Positions 23,874 through 34,231 of a stretch of 52,289 nt of DNA are shown here, piece after piece (positions within the stretch are counted from its first letter, which is position 1; the number at the start of each line of letters is the position of its first letter). The translations under genes were made by a program, and so were the position numbers. This DNA is from a virus (lineage: Duplodnaviria > Caudoviricetes). A model generated the notes under the pieces. That model was not told the origin of the DNA, searched no databases, and saw only the letters and a list, made by a program, of their open reading frames with translations. The stretch covers positions 1 through 52,289 of the IMG/VR virus record IMGVR_UViG_3300028840_003294; one strand, written 5' to 3'.

Positions 23874-26788
23874 TCTATTTCCTCCACCACAGTGTCAAGC
23901 TCAAGAGACCCCATGACCACAGAACGCGGAGGGAGTGCTATCACGTTGCTCGATTGAACGATGAAAACGTCAGTTCCGTCTGTGCAAATCGGAGCGAATT
24001 CTTTATCGTTGATGCGAAGTGATCTATAAAAGGTATAGGAGAGGGTTTGCGGTAGCGCGTAAATCGTCACATCGTTGAGCTCGTAATTTGTCGTCATGTC
24101 CGTAGACCACGTAATCCCATCGGTCGAGGTGAGAATCCCGTCTTTTTGATTGACGATAATCCCCCCCTGACCGTCACCGATTTGCGGGGAATAAAGCCGA
24201 GAAACGACAGTTGGGCCCCATGCGCTCGGGTTGGCAACACAGAGAGAATTTAAGGTTGGCCGCGGATATTGCAGGAAATAGGTGCTTACAACGGAGTTGT
24301 AATATTCCTGTAGCCCGAGGAGCTGTGAATAGCCTGCTTGATCTTGAAAATCGTCCAACGAGTGAAGAATGGAAAGTTTGGCATAATTTTGGTAGATCAC
24401 TCTTGAGGGGCTTTGATGAATCAGGCCAACGAGCGACGTTATCGAGGAGGGGTCATCGGTGGCTAGCCTGCGGTTGCCGAAATTTGTGTCATCAGGCGCC
24501 GGCGGCGAAGTGCGGTCGAAATAGACTTTCGAAAGTGAAACCTCTTCCCACCCGTCATAACCTCCTGTTATCGGCCGGCGGTTTACAAAAATTCTCGAAC
24601 GTGTAGCAGCGTACAGATTTTTCTGCGTGGACGTTGGGTTTGTCCGATCGGTGGCAAGGGCATAGAAATTGTCCGTGGTCCCGACCGTCATCGTGGCCCA
24701 TCCGGTCCCCGCGGTAGAGCGTATGATCGTTCCGCCGTTCCCCGCCGCAATAAAATCAATGCCCGTCGTGTCGATGCTGTGATAGATGACTTGGTTGAGG
24801 TCTTCGGTAACTCCCGTTGAAACCGATGTCCACGTCACCGCGTCATCCGTGCTTCGGTAGCAAAGTCCATCATTCCCAACCGCAACCCAAATGCTTCCGC
24901 CAATCGTGTCTTTTGCGACGGAGAAGAAAAATTCTGTAACGTTTGGAGTACATCGCAGCGTCCACGTAATTGCGTCGGGCGATGTCCAAATCTTAGAGCC
25001 GACGGCCACAAATTGCGAGCCGTCATGCTGTACATCTGTGACGTAATCGCTGGCATCGCCAAACGTGCCGAGCAGAGTTTCCGGGGCGCTGAATCTTATT
25101 CGCCGGCGAACCCGGTAAACGTCCCCACCGCCAGAAACAACGTAGAAGGCGCCGTCCACATCGTTGAACGTCACGTCAACAAGGTCGTCTGTCCCGAGGC
25201 CGGTTACTTGAGTCCAGGTGATTCCGTCCATCGAAACAAAACATTGAGCAGCCCCGTACTCAGCACGCCCCACGGCACAGAAACACCTCCCCTGAGCGTC
25301 CGCGGCAACAGCCGTGAGGTCTTCTGTCGTCCCAACGCTTCTCGACGTCCACGTAGCGCCCTGATCGTCTGAGGTTTGACATTCTCCATTCGTCCCGACC
25401 GCACACACCCGGTCAAGATACGGGCTATAGCAAACCGATGTGAAAGACTCTGAAGTTGAGGTCGTAGCCCGACTGATGCTTGCAGGATTTGTAAAGTAAA
25501 GAATGACGCCGTCGGTTGAATCGGCATCGCCAACGACTACGAAATACTCCGTGGTTCCGAAACCGATGAAAAACGAAATGCCGCTTTTGAGGTCTGTGGT
25601 TACTCCCGTCGTGTATGTCGTTCCATCGACTAGCCCAACAAGGCCCTTGCCCCCAACGTAGTAATCTTGACCGCACTTCCCGAAAAGTTTTCTTGCACCA
25701 AACGGCTGCAACTTTTCGACGGCGTCATCTCCAGTGAATCCGTATTGCGTAAATCCGCCCCCAAGGATCTCCGATGCTGGAGTGAGCGAAACGATCTCCC
25801 CATCAAGCGTCAGAATTTCACGGTCTTTACAATATGAAATCGTGCCGGCAACGCCAGAGCTAACCGATCGCGTTGCAAGCGAGCTCGCAATTACGAATGG
25901 GTAGTTTGGAGCGATTCTAAGATCGTCTCCAATCCAGTTCCGACTGAACAGAGCACCAAGACTGCCCGCAACGATTACCGGATCGAATTCACCCATCCTG
26001 TTTTTAAGATTTGTGCCGCCGGCGAGCGGCTCATCAAAGCCAACAGAAATTGACGTGATCTCGAGGAGCTCGTCGTCGAATTCCGGCTCTGTCCCAAACC
26101 AAACGCCAAGACTCGGGCGCCCAATGTTCGAGTAGAAGGGGCCGGAAATATATTCTTCGCTGATTGGCTGTGAAATATCGACGGTCCCGTAGACAAGGTA
26201 GCCGCCAAGAGAGGCCAGTCGAATCGGCCAGTCTGCGCGGATTGCGGGATGCACTCGGAGAATCTCGTAAGATGCCCCCGCGGCCGAAGGCATGACTTCT
26301 TCCGTTACGAGCCTTGTGTTAGTCGTGACGTCGATGATTTTGTAAAGGTTGTTGCTTTCGCCCTTGCGGCGAATCATGCACCCGGGCCAAATCTGCTGAA
26401 GCCAAGACGTCCCCTGCCCAATCACTTCGGCCTTTACGCCGTCGGTTGTGATCGTGCCATCCTCGTAGATCGTGTAGAGCGGCCCGAACGTTTCTTCCCA
26501 TGTGAACGGGAGGTGTCGAGAAATCCAAATCGTGTGGCCGGCGCGATCCACGTAATACGCCGTGTTGAGGTAGTCCTCTGCATCGCTGCCTTGAATCAAG
26601 CTGGAATATGAAAACATCCCGGCTTGGGCGGGCTCGAAATCGGAACGCAAGCTGATAGCGTTATCGCTTCTCGAAATGAAAAGATCCTTCAGCTCGAGGA
26701 GGCCGGGAGGGTCAATCTGCGTCGAATGTGCCCGAAGAATTTTCGAGGCCCCCGTTAGGGGGATGGCCCTATGCTTTTTTTTCGCCAT
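23870..26788 (-). CDS. Tail protein with BNR/Asp-box beta-propeller
   Basis: GT.W motif near the N-terminus; repeated S.DG.TWT / VAVG. Confidence 0.7.
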   Translation of the reverse strand: MAKKKHRAIPLTGASKILRAHSTQIDPPGLLELKDLFISRSDNAISLRSDFEPAQAGMFSYSSLIQGSDAEDYLNTAYYVDRAGHTIWISRHLPFTWEETFGPLYTIYEDGTITTDGVKAEVIGQGTSWLQQIWPGCMIRRKGESNNLYKIIDVTTNTRLVTEEVMPSAAGASYEILRVHPAIRADWPIRLASLGGYLVYGTVDISQPISEEYISGPFYSNIGRPSLGVWFGTEPEFDDELLEITSISVGFDEPLAGGTNLKNRMGEFDPVIVAGSLGALFSRNWIGDDLRIAPNYPFVIASSLATRSVSSGVAGTISYCKDREILTLDGEIVSLTPASEILGGGFTQYGFTGDDAVEKLQPFGARKLFGKCGQDYYVGGKGLVGLVDGTTYTTGVTTDLKSGISFFIGFGTTEYFVVVGDADSTDGVILYFTNPASISRATTSTSESFTSVCYSPYLDRVCAVGTNGECQTSDDQGATWTSRSVGTTEDLTAVAADAQGRCFCAVGRAEYGAAQCFVSMDGITWTQVTGLGTDDLVDVTFNDVDGAFYVVSGGGDVYRVRRRIRFSAPETLLGTFGDASDYVTDVQHDGSQFVAVGSKIWTSPDAITWTLRCTPNVTEFFFSVAKDTIGGSIWVAVGNDGLCYRSTDDAVTWTSVSTGVTEDLNQVIYHSIDTTGIDFIAAGNGGTIIRSTAGTGWATMTVGTTDNFYALATDRTNPTSTQKNLYAATRSRIFVNRRPITGGYDGWEEVSLSKVYFDRTSPPAPDDTNFGNRRLATDDPSSITSLVGLIHQSPSRVIYQNYAKLSILHSLDDFQDQAGYSQLLGLQEYYNSVVSTYFLQYPRPTLNSLCVANPSAWGPTVVSRLYSPQIGDGQGGIIVNQKDGILTSTDGITWSTDMTTNYELNDVTIYALPQTLSYTFYRSLRINDKEFAPICTDGTDVFIVQSSNVIALPPRSVVMGSLELDTVVEEIE

Positions 26789-26996
26789 CGTCCCTTTCCT
26801 CTATCAACGTTTGGAGGAGAATCACTTGGCCCTCAAGCCCGTTGAGTCTTGCTTGCGCCCTTTTCACTTCGAGCTCGGCCTGTTTCGCCGCCTGCCGCGT
26901 CACCGCAAGACGCTGGTCGAGGGTCATCTTTTCCTTGGGCGGCTTCTTTGCCGGCGGCTTCTTCGGTGCTGGCTTGCGGACCTTTTTCGTTGACAT
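26769..26996 (-). CDS. Small basic coiled-coil protein (possible tail chaperone)
   Basis: KKPPAKKP then heptads; GGAGGAG RBS. Confidence 0.6.
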   Translation of the reverse strand: MSTKKVRKPAPKKPPAKKPPKEKMTLDQRLAVTRQAAKQAELEVKRAQARLNGLEGQVILLQTLIEERDDGEKKA

Positions 26997-27006
26997 CCTG
27001 CTCCTC

Positions 27007-27459
27007 CTATTTTTGATTCCCGTTTCGACTTCTCAGCAACAGCTCATCGAGCATCCTTTGAAAGTGCCCATTCTGAGTCAACAGCGTTTCGATGTTGGTG
27101 GCGTTTTGGGTTTGAATCGTCGTCATCTTGTCGAGGCGCGCATCCAGCGGAATCTCTGTTTCTCGCGTATGCACGGTGATCGCCCTTGTGACGTATTCAG
27201 CCATCGCTCGGTCGCGTTCCGGTAGCACGCTCAGATAGAAGGCCCTTGCAGAAGCGTCAAACGTCTCCTGCGCCGTGTGCGCGATCGAGACCTTCGCCCA
27301 GGTCACGGCGCCAACAAAGCCGCCGACAATTACGCTGGCGCTTGCGAGAATTGAAAACACGAGCTGAAGTTTCGTCAGGTTGATTGAGAAGCAGGGGATA
27401 ATTGTTCCATTGTCCTGCATCTCGGTTTTTTGAAATGTCGCTCGACGCTCTTTACACAT
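27007..27459 (-). CDS. Membrane protein (one TM plus coiled coil; holin/antiholin-like)
   Basis: LVFSILASASVIVGGFVGAVTW. Confidence 0.55.
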   Translation of the reverse strand: MCKERRATFQKTEMQDNGTIIPCFSINLTKLQLVFSILASASVIVGGFVGAVTWAKVSIAHTAQETFDASARAFYLSVLPERDRAMAEYVTRAITVHTRETEIPLDARLDKMTTIQTQNATNIETLLTQNGHFQRMLDELLLRSRNGNQK

Positions 27460-27467
27460 GGGCTCTC

Positions 27468-27749
27468 CTACGGATTGAAGTTATCGAGGGAGTCCTGATC
27501 GGCGGCATCCCGCGCCGCTTCGACTTCAGCGTCTCGATGCGCTTGGTTCTCAAGCTGCCAGAGGTGAACCTGACATACAAGCTCTGCCTTCTGCTTGTCG
27601 GTGAGGGATGAAACGTCCGAAACCCCGTACCAGGGCAAGAGCTTCTGTTGAACAACCGGGTTCATCTCCACGTTGATCGCCCGCTGAACGACCGCCGGCT
27701 GCAACCTCGCTATGAAGCTGTCTGGAATGTGGACTGTGAAATCTGCCAT
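27468..27749 (-). CDS. Hypothetical protein
   Basis: MADFTVHIPD...; ATG directly after the upstream stop. Confidence 0.65.
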   Translation of the reverse strand: MADFTVHIPDSFIARLQPAVVQRAINVEMNPVVQQKLLPWYGVSDVSSLTDKQKAELVCQVHLWQLENQAHRDAEVEAARDAADQDSLDNFNP

Positions 27750-27750
27750 T

Positions 27751-28497
27751 TTAGGCCCCCATGATGTTTCCGATATTCGCACTTAACACGGTTGCTACTT
27801 TACCAACATTCGCCGGCGTTACGCTCAGTGGCTTTTCTGAATACCCGGCCGCGGTAGCTGCGATCAACGCCTGAACGATCGACGCTCCAGTCAAAGACGC
27901 CGTCAACGTGTAGCTGTCAGACCCCGGCTTGCCGGCGGTCGGCTGGACGTAGCTGTAGTTCTTGAAGTGGATCGCGTAGCTGCCCTGAGCTACGGACTGG
28001 TCATCGAATTCTGAGTAGTTCAAAGCGTCGTCGTTTGCCGTGATCGCGCCCGTTCCGAATTTGGACGACATGAAAACGTTAACGCAAAGATGATTCGGCC
28101 CGCTCGTGTTTGCTCCAAGATCGGGAATCGTCACCGTTGATCCAGAGGAGCCTGTTGCCGCGTAGCCTTCGACAATAGACCCGCTGACATCGACGCCAGA
28201 ATAGCGGTAGATGCAGGCCCCCAAATAGGCGCTCCCGCCGCTGTTGGTTACTGCGGAGAAAGAACCACCACCTTCAGTCCCGGCTGCGGCCTTAATGTAC
28301 GTTCTTCGAAAGTTGCTCCCACCGATGAGCGTCCACCCGCTCGGCGTTGTCCAGGTGTGTGAAGTGCTGGAGCAATACAGTCCGAGAATCAGCGCGTCAT
28401 CGGCATTGACGGTCGCGCCGTAGTTGACGGTGATGCCCGTCGTCCCGGCGTTGTATGCCGTATCAACCGTTGTGGCATCTTCTTCAACTATCGCCAT
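27751..28497 (-). CDS. Putative tail/fibre-associated beta-rich protein
   Basis: Ser/Thr/Gly-rich, TTPSGWT motif; coupled to the fibre gene. Confidence 0.6.
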   Translation of the reverse strand: MAIVEEDATTVDTAYNAGTTGITVNYGATVNADDALILGLYCSSTSHTWTTPSGWTLIGGSNFRRTYIKAAAGTEGGGSFSAVTNSGGSAYLGACIYRYSGVDVSGSIVEGYAATGSSGSTVTIPDLGANTSGPNHLCVNVFMSSKFGTGAITANDDALNYSEFDDQSVAQGSYAIHFKNYSYVQPTAGKPGSDSYTLTASLTGASIVQALIAATAAGYSEKPLSVTPANVGKVATVLSANIGNIMGA

Positions 28498-31400
28498 CAG
28501 GTGATCTCCACCCAGGTAGCGCCGGGGTCAAAAAGAATTGACGTAGTGAGCCGCGAATAGCCTACGACGCGGACAATGTCGCCGCTTCCGCTTGGCGCGG
28601 TTTCGGTTGTGTCGCCGGCAGTCGTGCTCAGGAATTGAACGGTGTTTGCCGTGAAGCCCGACAGCCCCGTCACGAGGCCCCACTTTGTTGCGTATCCATC
28701 GGCCCCGTTCGAGATCGTGCTGTCAGTAATCATTACAAGCTCGCCGGTTGCCGTTGCTGCGGCGTCCGCGTCAGCAAGCGTAACCTCTGGCGTCCCGCTG
28801 TCATCCCCCGAGATATAACAAACGTCTCCCTTGTTCAGTGTTGATCCAGTATTGTTGGCAACCTCAATCCTGCCGGGGGTTACGTAGGCGGTTGAATAAA
28901 CTCCAACGACCCCGTAATAGACTGTGGTGTGGCCTTCGTCTCCAGATACGGCATTGTAAAGCCCGACAAGATCGCTAACCTGACACCGCTTCTTTGCCCA
29001 AGAGGCCGAGAAGTCCTCGATCATTATTTCGTCGCCGCTGTCGAGGGTTGCCTTGTCGGTCAGCGCATGAATTTCACCAGCCGTATCGTCATGGATCGCG
29101 CTCGTGTCGATGCCGTCCTGTGAGTGAGTGTGAAGGTCGGTGTCGCTCCCGTCGCTCAATTCTTCGAGCTGCGCCGCCGTCACATCGGTTGCAGCGTCGT
29201 TGCCCGACACGTAGGAGTAATCAATCGTCGGCCAGTTGGTCAGGCCGGTTACGTCGTGGTCGTGCAGCGTCGTCGTTGATCCGTCCGACAGTTCCTCGAG
29301 TTCGGCAGCAGAAACATCCGTGCCCGCGTCGTTGCCGCTGATCGTCGCATACACGATCGCGTTGATCGCGTTCGTAAGGTCCGTGTCCCCGACAACGTCC
29401 CCGGTTGAGCCGTGAGCCGTCGTTAGGGCCGCGTGGGTCGCCAAGTCAGCCGACGTGCCGCTCAGTCCGCTTAGGTCGATCTCGTCGCTGCCCCCATTCT
29501 CGTGCGAGGCCGCGTGAGCTCCAGGCGTCAAGCCAGAGTGAGTGTGAAGTGACGTGCTACTTCCATCGCTCAATTCTTCCAGCTCTGCCGCGGAGATGTC
29601 GGTTCCCGCGTCGTTGCCACTGACATAGGCGTAGTCAATGGTGGGCCAATTCGTCAGGCCAGTGACGTCATGGTCGTGCTTGGTGGTTGTGCTTCCGTCC
29701 GTAAGCTCCTCAAGCTCTGCGGCGGTCACGTCGGTAGCGGCATCGTTCCCCGAGACATAGCTGTAGTCTATCGTCGGCCAATTCGTAAGCCCGGTAACAT
29801 CGTGGCCGTGAAGGGTCGTGTCGCCGGTGTCGGTGAGGTCGGTCCAATTCGTCGCAAACGTCGCCCGGTCAGTCGCGTCTGAGGCGAGCAAGTACAACGG
29901 GTGATCGTCGTCGGCCAACCCGCTCAAGGCTCCATGATCGTTAACGCTCGTCGAAGAACCCGAGATTGTGGTGAAGCGCCAATCAACCGCATCGTCGCCG
30001 CCTTCGGTTGATTGAATCGCCGCCTCAACCCCGTTTGTCATCGCGGCTCCGTGGTGATAGATCACGGTCCAGAGCGGAATGATTTCTTCTGTAGGCCATT
30101 CACCAAAGTCGATTCCCTGAATCTCGGTGGAGGCCGCGTCTTGAGCTTCCGCTTTGGTATTGTACTCAGCGGTCCCGGGCGTGACGACGGGGTAGTAATC
30201 GCCGCCGGCATCGTCCTTAATATTCGTAGCGAAGACGTGGTAGAGGCAATACTTGTTCGACGTGACAGCAGTCAACGTCCCGGCGTTGTTGTAGGCGATG
30301 ACCCCGCCGATGGCGTATACCGGGAAGGTTGCTTCGCAGTCCACCCACCGGACGTATCCGCTCCCGTCAACGTAGTAGCACTCCCAGGTATCCGTCGATG
30401 CGTGAGCAAGAGTCTCGTGTTCCAAATCCTCGTCGTAAAACTCGCCAGAGGTGATCGAAAACTGAGCATGAGAATCGCTGTTTCCGTTTTGATCCGTTGT
30501 AATATCACCAATCGTCATGCCGTCGAGATACTGCGACCCGAAAAGCTCGTGGAGGTAATGATGCGTTCCGCGCCCCATGATGGAGCCGTGGCGCTCATCC
30601 ATGAGCCGGCCGTCGTTGTTGGCTGCGTCCCAATAGACGTAAGCGACAATACATTGATTGAGGATCGCGTCCTCAACCTGTTCATAGCTCGGGTTATGAA
30701 TGGTGCTCAGGGACGCCGCGCCACCGCTGCCGATGTAGAAAACCCACAGGCCCTCGGTGTCGGTGATTGTCGCGGAAAGGTTCCCGGTTTCCGTGTATTT
30801 GTAGCCCGCATAGTGGTAATCGAAGCTCGTGACCGCCGGCGAAAGGGTGAGCGTAAGGCTCCCATCGTCCCATGCGAGCGCGGTGTCTGAGGCGTCATCA
30901 AATCCGTTTTCGAGCCACTCATCGCGGAGCAGGTAGTCGCCAGTATTGTCAAGCTGAAAACGGCTGTTGCCGGTATCCCAGGAATAGAACTCGCCATCAG
31001 ATGACGGGGTGCCGAATGTGTCGGCCAGGAGAGTCATCGGCGGCACGGTCACAATCTGGCAGAGGATCTCGCCCTCAGTGGCATGGGATCTCACAACTAC
31101 GCCAACGTGAGTCACAACCTCTGGCGAAGTCGGATAAACGTTCGTCAATTCTCCCGGCGTGGCATTATCGAGATAGAGGGCATCGCCCTCGCTCCATGCG
31201 CTCGTGTCAATTCCGCGAACGAGGCCGTTCGTGGTTACATAGCCGTTCGAGTTGTTGCCAACGTCCTCAGTGGCGAGGCCCACAGCAGAATAACCAGACC
31301 AGGGATTCGCTGCATCGGCAAGCTCAATTTTCGGTTTGTTGCCAGTGGCCCCCGTGATCTTCACGAGCTTGCCGTCGTCAATCTGTGAGCCGGTTATATT

Positions 31401-32180
31401 CCGGCACTGAATCAGAAGCTCCAGTCCAGTCTGAAGTTCTACATTCCCGCCCTTCATGCCGATATTGATGCAGCCGTCGTCATCGTCCCAGTGCATCCGG
31501 CCCTCTTGATGAGCCCCGGCATAACTATCGTAGAAGTCAAGGAATGGGATTTCGGTAATCCCATAGGTGTTGCCAAGGCCCCAATCTCCCGTCAATTCCC
31601 TGGTGCCGTCCGCCAGGAGGTAAATGTCGTGATCGTCGTCGGACAGCCCCGAAATGGAGCCGTGGTCAATGCTCCCCTCAGTGAAGTGAATCGTTGAATC
31701 GGCAATGTGCGTGTCAATTTGAGCATGGGTGTTTGTGCCGATGTTTTGAATTGCGGTGTGGTCGATCGACGCTTCGGTGAAATGAATGGTCGCATCTGCA
31801 ATGTGGGTGTCAATCTGCGCGTGAGTGTTGGTGCCAACGTTCGTCAGGTCGGTAGTGTGATCGTGAGTGTGTGCCGGAACCGAGCCGGAACTGCTACCGC
31901 CCAAAATGTAGAACTCGTCCTGCCAATGGAGCACGACGTAAACAGCATCGGCGGCCTCGTCGATATAAAGGCCGTAGCCCTCCTGCGGGAATGAGGTGAC
32001 GGTTGGAGCGCCAGAGCCGTAACGAACTTCGAAGTGTTCTAGCCCACGCAAGATGGGCTCTGCGGAGAAAACAACAGAGTCTAAAAGCTGATGAACTCGA
32101 GTTTGATTTTGAACGGGCACGGCTTGATTGACGAGCCCACGAAAGGCGCTACGCGCTTCAGTAATTCCAACTCTACCCAC
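28497..32180 (-). CDS. Long tail fibre with internal repeats
   Basis: 1227 aa; HAQIDTHIAD x2, DHG..SGL.DDDH x2, ~43-aa HDVTGLTNWP repeats, two N.TG..I..G..V...LADA modules. Confidence 0.75.
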   Translation of the reverse strand: MGRVGITEARSAFRGLVNQAVPVQNQTRVHQLLDSVVFSAEPILRGLEHFEVRYGSGAPTVTSFPQEGYGLYIDEAADAVYVVLHWQDEFYILGGSSSGSVPAHTHDHTTDLTNVGTNTHAQIDTHIADATIHFTEASIDHTAIQNIGTNTHAQIDTHIADSTIHFTEGSIDHGSISGLSDDDHDIYLLADGTRELTGDWGLGNTYGITEIPFLDFYDSYAGAHQEGRMHWDDDDGCINIGMKGGNVELQTGLELLIQCRNITGSQIDDGKLVKITGATGNKPKIELADAANPWSGYSAVGLATEDVGNNSNGYVTTNGLVRGIDTSAWSEGDALYLDNATPGELTNVYPTSPEVVTHVGVVVRSHATEGEILCQIVTVPPMTLLADTFGTPSSDGEFYSWDTGNSRFQLDNTGDYLLRDEWLENGFDDASDTALAWDDGSLTLTLSPAVTSFDYHYAGYKYTETGNLSATITDTEGLWVFYIGSGGAASLSTIHNPSYEQVEDAILNQCIVAYVYWDAANNDGRLMDERHGSIMGRGTHHYLHELFGSQYLDGMTIGDITTDQNGNSDSHAQFSITSGEFYDEDLEHETLAHASTDTWECYYVDGSGYVRWVDCEATFPVYAIGGVIAYNNAGTLTAVTSNKYCLYHVFATNIKDDAGGDYYPVVTPGTAEYNTKAEAQDAASTEIQGIDFGEWPTEEIIPLWTVIYHHGAAMTNGVEAAIQSTEGGDDAVDWRFTTISGSSTSVNDHGALSGLADDDHPLYLLASDATDRATFATNWTDLTDTGDTTLHGHDVTGLTNWPTIDYSYVSGNDAATDVTAAELEELTDGSTTTKHDHDVTGLTNWPTIDYAYVSGNDAGTDISAAELEELSDGSSTSLHTHSGLTPGAHAASHENGGSDEIDLSGLSGTSADLATHAALTTAHGSTGDVVGDTDLTNAINAIVYATISGNDAGTDVSAAELEELSDGSTTTLHDHDVTGLTNWPTIDYSYVSGNDAATDVTAAQLEELSDGSDTDLHTHSQDGIDTSAIHDDTAGEIHALTDKATLDSGDEIMIEDFSASWAKKRCQVSDLVGLYNAVSGDEGHTTVYYGVVGVYSTAYVTPGRIEVANNTGSTLNKGDVCYISGDDSGTPEVTLADADAAATATGELVMITDSTISNGADGYATKWGLVTGLSGFTANTVQFLSTTAGDTTETAPSGSGDIVRVVGYSRLTTSILFDPGATWVEIT

Positions 32181-32862
32181 GTCGCCGCCGGCCGAGATTC
32201 ATGCGCTTTTGGAAGGTAACAAGGCGGTTTTTATAGAACGCCGCCGGCGGCAGAGCATGACGCGCTGACCATGTAGTTTTCGCGCTGAGATTTTGCTGCT
32301 TGGCAGCTTCGTCCCGCTCGTTCTCGAGCTGGAGGCCAATTTCGGCCGCACGAGTGAGAAGCTGTGCGCTGTGCGAGGCAGGAATCTCGAGCCGTGTCGC
32401 CTCGTCAGTGTCGGGCATCGTTGGGATTTTTACGAAAGGAACCCTGACCGTGTAAACGCCATTCGGAACCGGCCGGATGCGAATTTGTTTCCGGTCATTC
32501 GCGCCAACCTCGTGCTCGAACCAATAGTACGGCGTGCTTTGCCCTGTAATGAGAGAGCCGATCCTCAAATCCCAATAGTAGTCCATCATTTTCATTGGGA
32601 AATTCGACGTGACGTTCACGGCGGGGTAGAGAAATTTGAGCACGTCGGAGGACGCTCCCATTTCGTAGTCAACCGTCCCCGCTACCGTGCTGATGTCCTC
32701 GTAGCCCCGGAGCTCTGCAAAGTCATACATCTCCGCAAGGTCACATTCGGCCATCCAGATATATTGTGCGAGCGATGAGTTTGAAATGTCGCCCGTCGCC
32801 GGGTTGCCCATCGCCTTGCGAAGCTGCGGGATGAGGTCGAGCGAGGAAAGAAATTCGGCCAT
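32173..32862 (-). CDS. Head-tail adaptor / tail tubular protein A-like
   Basis: ISTVAGTVDYEM, STPYYWF, IRPVPNGVYTV; size and position. Confidence 0.65.
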   Translation of the reverse strand: MAEFLSSLDLIPQLRKAMGNPATGDISNSSLAQYIWMAECDLAEMYDFAELRGYEDISTVAGTVDYEMGASSDVLKFLYPAVNVTSNFPMKMMDYYWDLRIGSLITGQSTPYYWFEHEVGANDRKQIRIRPVPNGVYTVRVPFVKIPTMPDTDEATRLEIPASHSAQLLTRAAEIGLQLENERDEAAKQQNLSAKTTWSARHALPPAAFYKNRLVTFQKRMNLGRRRRG

Positions 32863-32863
32863 G

Positions 32864-33964
32864 TTAGAACTCCTGATCTTCCGTATCGACTACCTCGATC
32901 GCGTCCGCTTCCGGCACGTATTCGTCTACCTGTTTCGGTAGGTGGTCGCGGTGCTTTTCGCAGACGACCATAGCGCCAAAAGTTTTCATCTCAAACGAGT
33001 CATCGACTGGCGCTCCCCTTGAAACGGCGGTTGTCAAATCGGGGCCGGTCACATCTTTCTGAAGTCGCATGTCTTCGACCCACCAGATTTGTTGATCGTC
33101 GTAGGTCGTCACAGCGAAGTACGGTGAAAGCGCGGAAAGGTGGGCGCCGGCGATGGCGGAAAGATCATCCAAGAAAAGCACGGTTGTCCCATCCATGCCT
33201 GTTTTTATTCCAAATGAATATTTTGTTTCGCCGGCGCCCCCGTAATCGTAATAAACTCCAGCGTCGATTGTCAGCCCCGGCTTTTTGGTCATCTGGTGTG
33301 TGCCGAACCGACCGCGGAGAACTGCATTCGTAAACGATGAAAGGTCTACGGTGTTTTGAGCTACGAGCTCCCCGTCGCCCCAAAATGAATGAGCACCATC
33401 GGCCGCGTTCGCGTTTTTGTACGGGTGAACATCCCACCGAAAGCGCGATCGGCCCATCGACACCTCTCCGAGCGCGTTGGCGCCCGTCAGGGTCCAGTAG
33501 TCAGAATCATAGCGGCTTGAGTAGAGGAAATTTTGACGAGGATTCCGCCGTCGAATTTGAAGCTGGCGCACCAGTTGACTCACAGGAAACCAGCCCCCAC
33601 AAACGTCGCATTGTTCTCTATTTTCCCCGCCAAGCCCAAACAGGGATGCTGTGCCAACGGGAATGGTTTTCGGGCCCCAAGCCTGCCCCGCCGGATTCGC
33701 GGGGTTGACGATCGTGATTGTCGCCGCTTCGTTATTGTCCGTGAACCCGGCCGTAGGAACGAGCGCGATAACTTCTCCGGGCTTTGTCTCACTTGTGTTC
33801 CAGCGGACAGGGCCATCGTTGTAGGCCGTGGAGTAAACCGTTGTGGAGCCGACTGTGACCGTAACGCTCGTGACGTCCGACAAGTCCGGGGCGTCGATAA
33901 GGTTTTCCTTCAGCGCAAACCTATCCAGCCCTCCAATGCGAACATGAACAAACGAGCGTGACAT
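32864..33964 (-). CDS. Virion-associated protein with split Zn-finger and inserted beta domain
   Basis: CDVCGGWFP...LVRQ [insert] MVVCEKHRD. Confidence 0.55.
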   Translation of the reverse strand: MSRSFVHVRIGGLDRFALKENLIDAPDLSDVTSVTVTVGSTTVYSTAYNDGPVRWNTSETKPGEVIALVPTAGFTDNNEAATITIVNPANPAGQAWGPKTIPVGTASLFGLGGENREQCDVCGGWFPVSQLVRQLQIRRRNPRQNFLYSSRYDSDYWTLTGANALGEVSMGRSRFRWDVHPYKNANAADGAHSFWGDGELVAQNTVDLSSFTNAVLRGRFGTHQMTKKPGLTIDAGVYYDYGGAGETKYSFGIKTGMDGTTVLFLDDLSAIAGAHLSALSPYFAVTTYDDQQIWWVEDMRLQKDVTGPDLTTAVSRGAPVDDSFEMKTFGAMVVCEKHRDHLPKQVDEYVPEADAIEVVDTEDQEF

Positions 33965-33973
33965 GCCACCTCC

Positions 33974-34231
33974 CTAATTCGGCGTGCCCTTTTCCTCGAG
34001 CCCGCCCCATTGCCAAAGCTCGTTGTAGACCTGTTCCAGCGTTTCGGGGTGCTTCTCCGCGCCCCACGCCAGCTGATGAACCGACCGGACTGCGTCGAGC
34101 CCCCGCTGAATGGTTTTCCGGGCGGCTTTCGTTGCCTTCTCGAGCTCTTTCATGCGTTCGCCGCGGTAATACCAAGCGACACCGGCGCCGGCGGCGAAGA
34201 AGATCACGGCCGTTAGGAAATACCACATCAT
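33974..34231 (-). CDS. Small membrane protein
   Basis: N-terminal TM MMWYFLTAVIFFAAGAGVAWYY. Confidence 0.65.
   Translation of the reverse strand: MMWYFLTAVIFFAAGAGVAWYYRGERMKELEKATKAARKTIQRGLDAVRSVHQLAWGAEKHPETLEQVYNELWQWGGLEEKGTPN

Noticed and set aside
29120-29815. Fibre repeats as a CRISPR array or DGR template/variable pair
   Set aside because: Repeats are in frame, differ mainly at synonymous positions, have no spacers, and no reverse transcriptase or cas operon is seen.
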